From Balamuthia mandrillaris (Eukaryota): a DNA stretch of 64,000 bases. Positions 61,464 through 64,000 of the stretch are shown in pieces. The stretch is taken from positions 1 to 64,000 of the forward strand of contig JAVKOQ020000004.1 of NCBI GenBank assembly GCA_031835245.2, written 5' to 3'. The position numbers and the translations under genes are program-made. Under the pieces are notes generated by a model. The model saw nothing but the letters and a program-made list of their open reading frames with translations, was not told where the DNA came from and searched no databases. Numbering within the stretch: the stretch's first letter is position 1; every line of letters begins with the position of its first letter.

Positions 61464-61874
61464 ATGAACGAACAGCAGCGGCATGAGGAGAAGCAGCAAC
61501 AAGGCTTCCCGTTCTTGGCGCTGCCCGCAGAGCTGCAGCTGAGCGCGTTGGCCTGGCTGGCGGCTCCTTTGGTGGCCAACAACGACAACCCCGGCGGGAG
61601 CCATGACCTCTTCCACTGCCATTTGGTTTGCAAACACTTCTCGCAGCTGTTGCAAAACGAATACTTTTGGCAACGGGCCCTTCACCAAGCTAGCGGTGTG
61701 GTTGGTGCGGCGGCGAGTTGTTGCTCTCTTCCGGACGACGTTCACAGTTGGAAGGAGCTCTATCAGTTGCAATGTATTTATTTTCTCCTTTCTCTTCTTT
61801 TCTTTCTTTTCTCTGCTTTCGTTCTTGTCGTTTCTTTCTTTCTTTCTTGTCGTTTCTTGTCGTTTCTTGTCGTT

Positions 61875-61941
<67 letters not shown>

Positions 61942-62376
61942 CTCTTTCTTATGTCTTTTGTGCTCGTGTTATGCGTCTACAGTCAACCATTTGGAGGCAG
62001 CACCAGGCAGTGAAGAACTGCTCAGCATCGACAACCGAAAGCAAAGCGTTACACTGAAGAAAGAAAGGGAGCGAACTGCAAGCGAGGCGATACTCGGAAG
62101 CCACTTCTTCCATGTACGCGCCTATGCTTCTCGTTCTTGGCATTCTGGTTTGTTTGTTTGTTCGTTTTTTTTTTTTTTTTTTTTTTTGCTTCTTGCTCTT
62201 TGTCTTTACTTTCTGCTTCTTGTTCTGAGATAAACAACAACAACACAAAGGCAAGCACTATTGGGAGGTCCGCTTTGACTGGTTGAAATCTCAGACGTTT
62301 GTCGGGGTGCTTCCAGCCTCTGCCTGCAACACCTACTCTGGCATTGTTGGCTATACCTCCAACCCTGGTACCAAAG

Positions 62377-62426
<50 letters not shown>

Positions 62427-62851
62427 TTCGTTTTGTGGTGGGCCACTCACCAACCTTTGGTGCCCTTTCTTTTTGAATACCAAAGGATGGAGCATAACCC
62501 CTTATACTGGTAAGATACAAGGCAACAGAGGACAAGATTCTACGCCCTCTCCACCTGGCTTTCGTTGTCTCGATGCGGGAGAGGTGCTTGGCATCTGTTT
62601 GGACATTGACAATGGTTAGTTTTTTTTAAAAAAAAACGGTTGTTTTTCTTTCAGCCCTCTTACTATAGCAACAAAAACAAACGAATACAGGAAGACTGGA
62701 CTATTGGAGGAATGGGGAGTACTTGACCGGTTTGCAGGCAGAGAGCATCAAACACAACGGGCCTTACCGTGCTGCGATCAGCCTCTTGAAAAAAGGAGAA
62801 AAAGCAACGTTCCACTTCAACGCAAAAATGCCTGCCAGCATTCCTCAATGA
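61464..62851 (+). CDS. F-box + SPRY/B30.2 domain protein, multi-exon
   Basis: F-box FLALPAELQL...LVCKHF..L..NEYFW...SWKELY. SPRY SG|KHYWEV...FVGV...GEVLGICLDIDNG|RLDYWRNG...AAISL. Confidence 0.8.
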
Positions 62852-63084
62852 AATGGAATGCATGAAGAGAAAACGGAAAAGAGCACAGAACAACTAGTAA
62901 CTGACCTCGAGCTCCATCCCTTTCTTTTATTTTTGCAAGGCATGCATGTATGGAAATGGCTGATGGTAGTTGAGTGTCTCTCGTTTGAAGGAGACAGAAA
63001 GAGGAAAGAGTGAATGAGCGAATATACAAAAGTAAAAAAGGAACAAAGAATATGCAAACACAAAACAAATAAGTTCTTTCACTT

Positions 63085-64000
63085 TTATGACGGTCGATTG
63101 CTAAGAGCACGTGCAGCTCGCCGCCGTTCAGCTCTCTTTTTCCTTTTGGCCCTTCTCTTGGCAGTCGACGAAGCAGAAGAAGGCGAATTGGTGCTATTGG
63201 CTCGTTTGGGAGTGGAGGTGGGTGTGGTTGGGGTGGAGGAAGAAGCGGCGGGGGCGGTGGCCTCTGCTTCTGCCTGTTTCTGTTTTTGCCAGGTCAAGGT
63301 TGTGATGATGCGACGTGCCTTCTCCTCTGTTGCACGAACAAACGTAAGACAAAGCGAGAACATGTTGAACAGCAAAAAAACAAACACAACAAACCAACCT
63401 TCTTTAGCAATGTCATGATGCAAGCTGTTCACCTCCTCGACACACTCGGCCAGATCCGACTGAATCAGCCCTTTGAGCTGCTCTCTGTGTTGTTCCTCTT
63501 CTGCGTCCTTCTCCTCTTCCTCTTCCTCTTCCTCCTCCTCCTCCTCTGCTGCTGTCGGCTTGGACAATGCCAACGCGTCCCTGTACTTCTGTTGCACAGC
63601 CTCTGCTGTCGCCTGTCGTAGGAGCGCGGGCACCGTCTGTCTCTCCTGCTCCAGCTGCCGTCGCACGCGCGCGAGCTCCTCCTCCATTTGCCTGATCTGC
63701 TCCTCCAGCTCCGTTTGTTCTTCTTCCAACTCTTTTTTTTTTTTGGTTTTCATAAATAAATAAAAATAAAACATTAAAATAAAAAAATAAAAAAATAAAA
63801 AAATAAAAAAATAAAAATAAAAAAATAAAAATAAAAATAATAAAAATAAAAATAATAAATATAAAAATAAAAATAAAAAAATCCAAAAAAACAAATCAAA
63901 TCAAATAAAATAAAATCAAAAGAGAGAGAGATACGTTCAAGGACAAACCTTCGACGACTCGCTGCTCTGCCTCGGCATCAAAGCCATGGGCCTGCTTGCT
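63085..64000 (-). CDS. Partial coiled-coil protein, 5' end outside the window (weak resemblance to kinetochore Mis14/Nsl1)
   Basis: Exons with LEEQIRQMEEELARVRRQLEQERQTVPALL and a basic C-terminal tail. Confidence 0.45.

Overview
Intron-rich eukaryotic genomic DNA with GT-AG introns often filled with (GA)n, (GAA)n or (GGTGGCGAT)n microsatellites. The gene content suggests a free-living amoeba (Amoebozoa, Acanthamoeba/Balamuthia-like; this is inference). The first ~11.7 kb is a mobile-element/conflict island. It holds a decayed element with two convergent tyrosine-recombinase genes (one followed by a Myb/SANT domain), two related solo LTRs with their own 4-bp target-site duplications (TSDs), a Crinkler-like SAM-NTPase-REase gene, a 25-bp minisatellite, and a frameshifted Fanzor2/IS607-TnpB-like RNA-guided nuclease with downstream hairpins that may be its omegaRNA. 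The rest is mainly host genes: a glycosyltransferase, a cAMP-receptor-like GPCR, purF, an intronless ERG4, a claudin-like protein, a trifunctional purine gene in the unusual order PurD-PurN-PurM, a kelch protein, head-to-head RalGAP alpha/beta-like genes and an F-box/SPRY protein. Relics lie between them: a possible RAG1/Transib-like transposase, two giant-virus-type ankyrin fragments, and a TPP1/S53 pseudogene carrying a Copia fragment. All calls come from motif recognition by eye, with no searches run, and exon boundaries are approximate.
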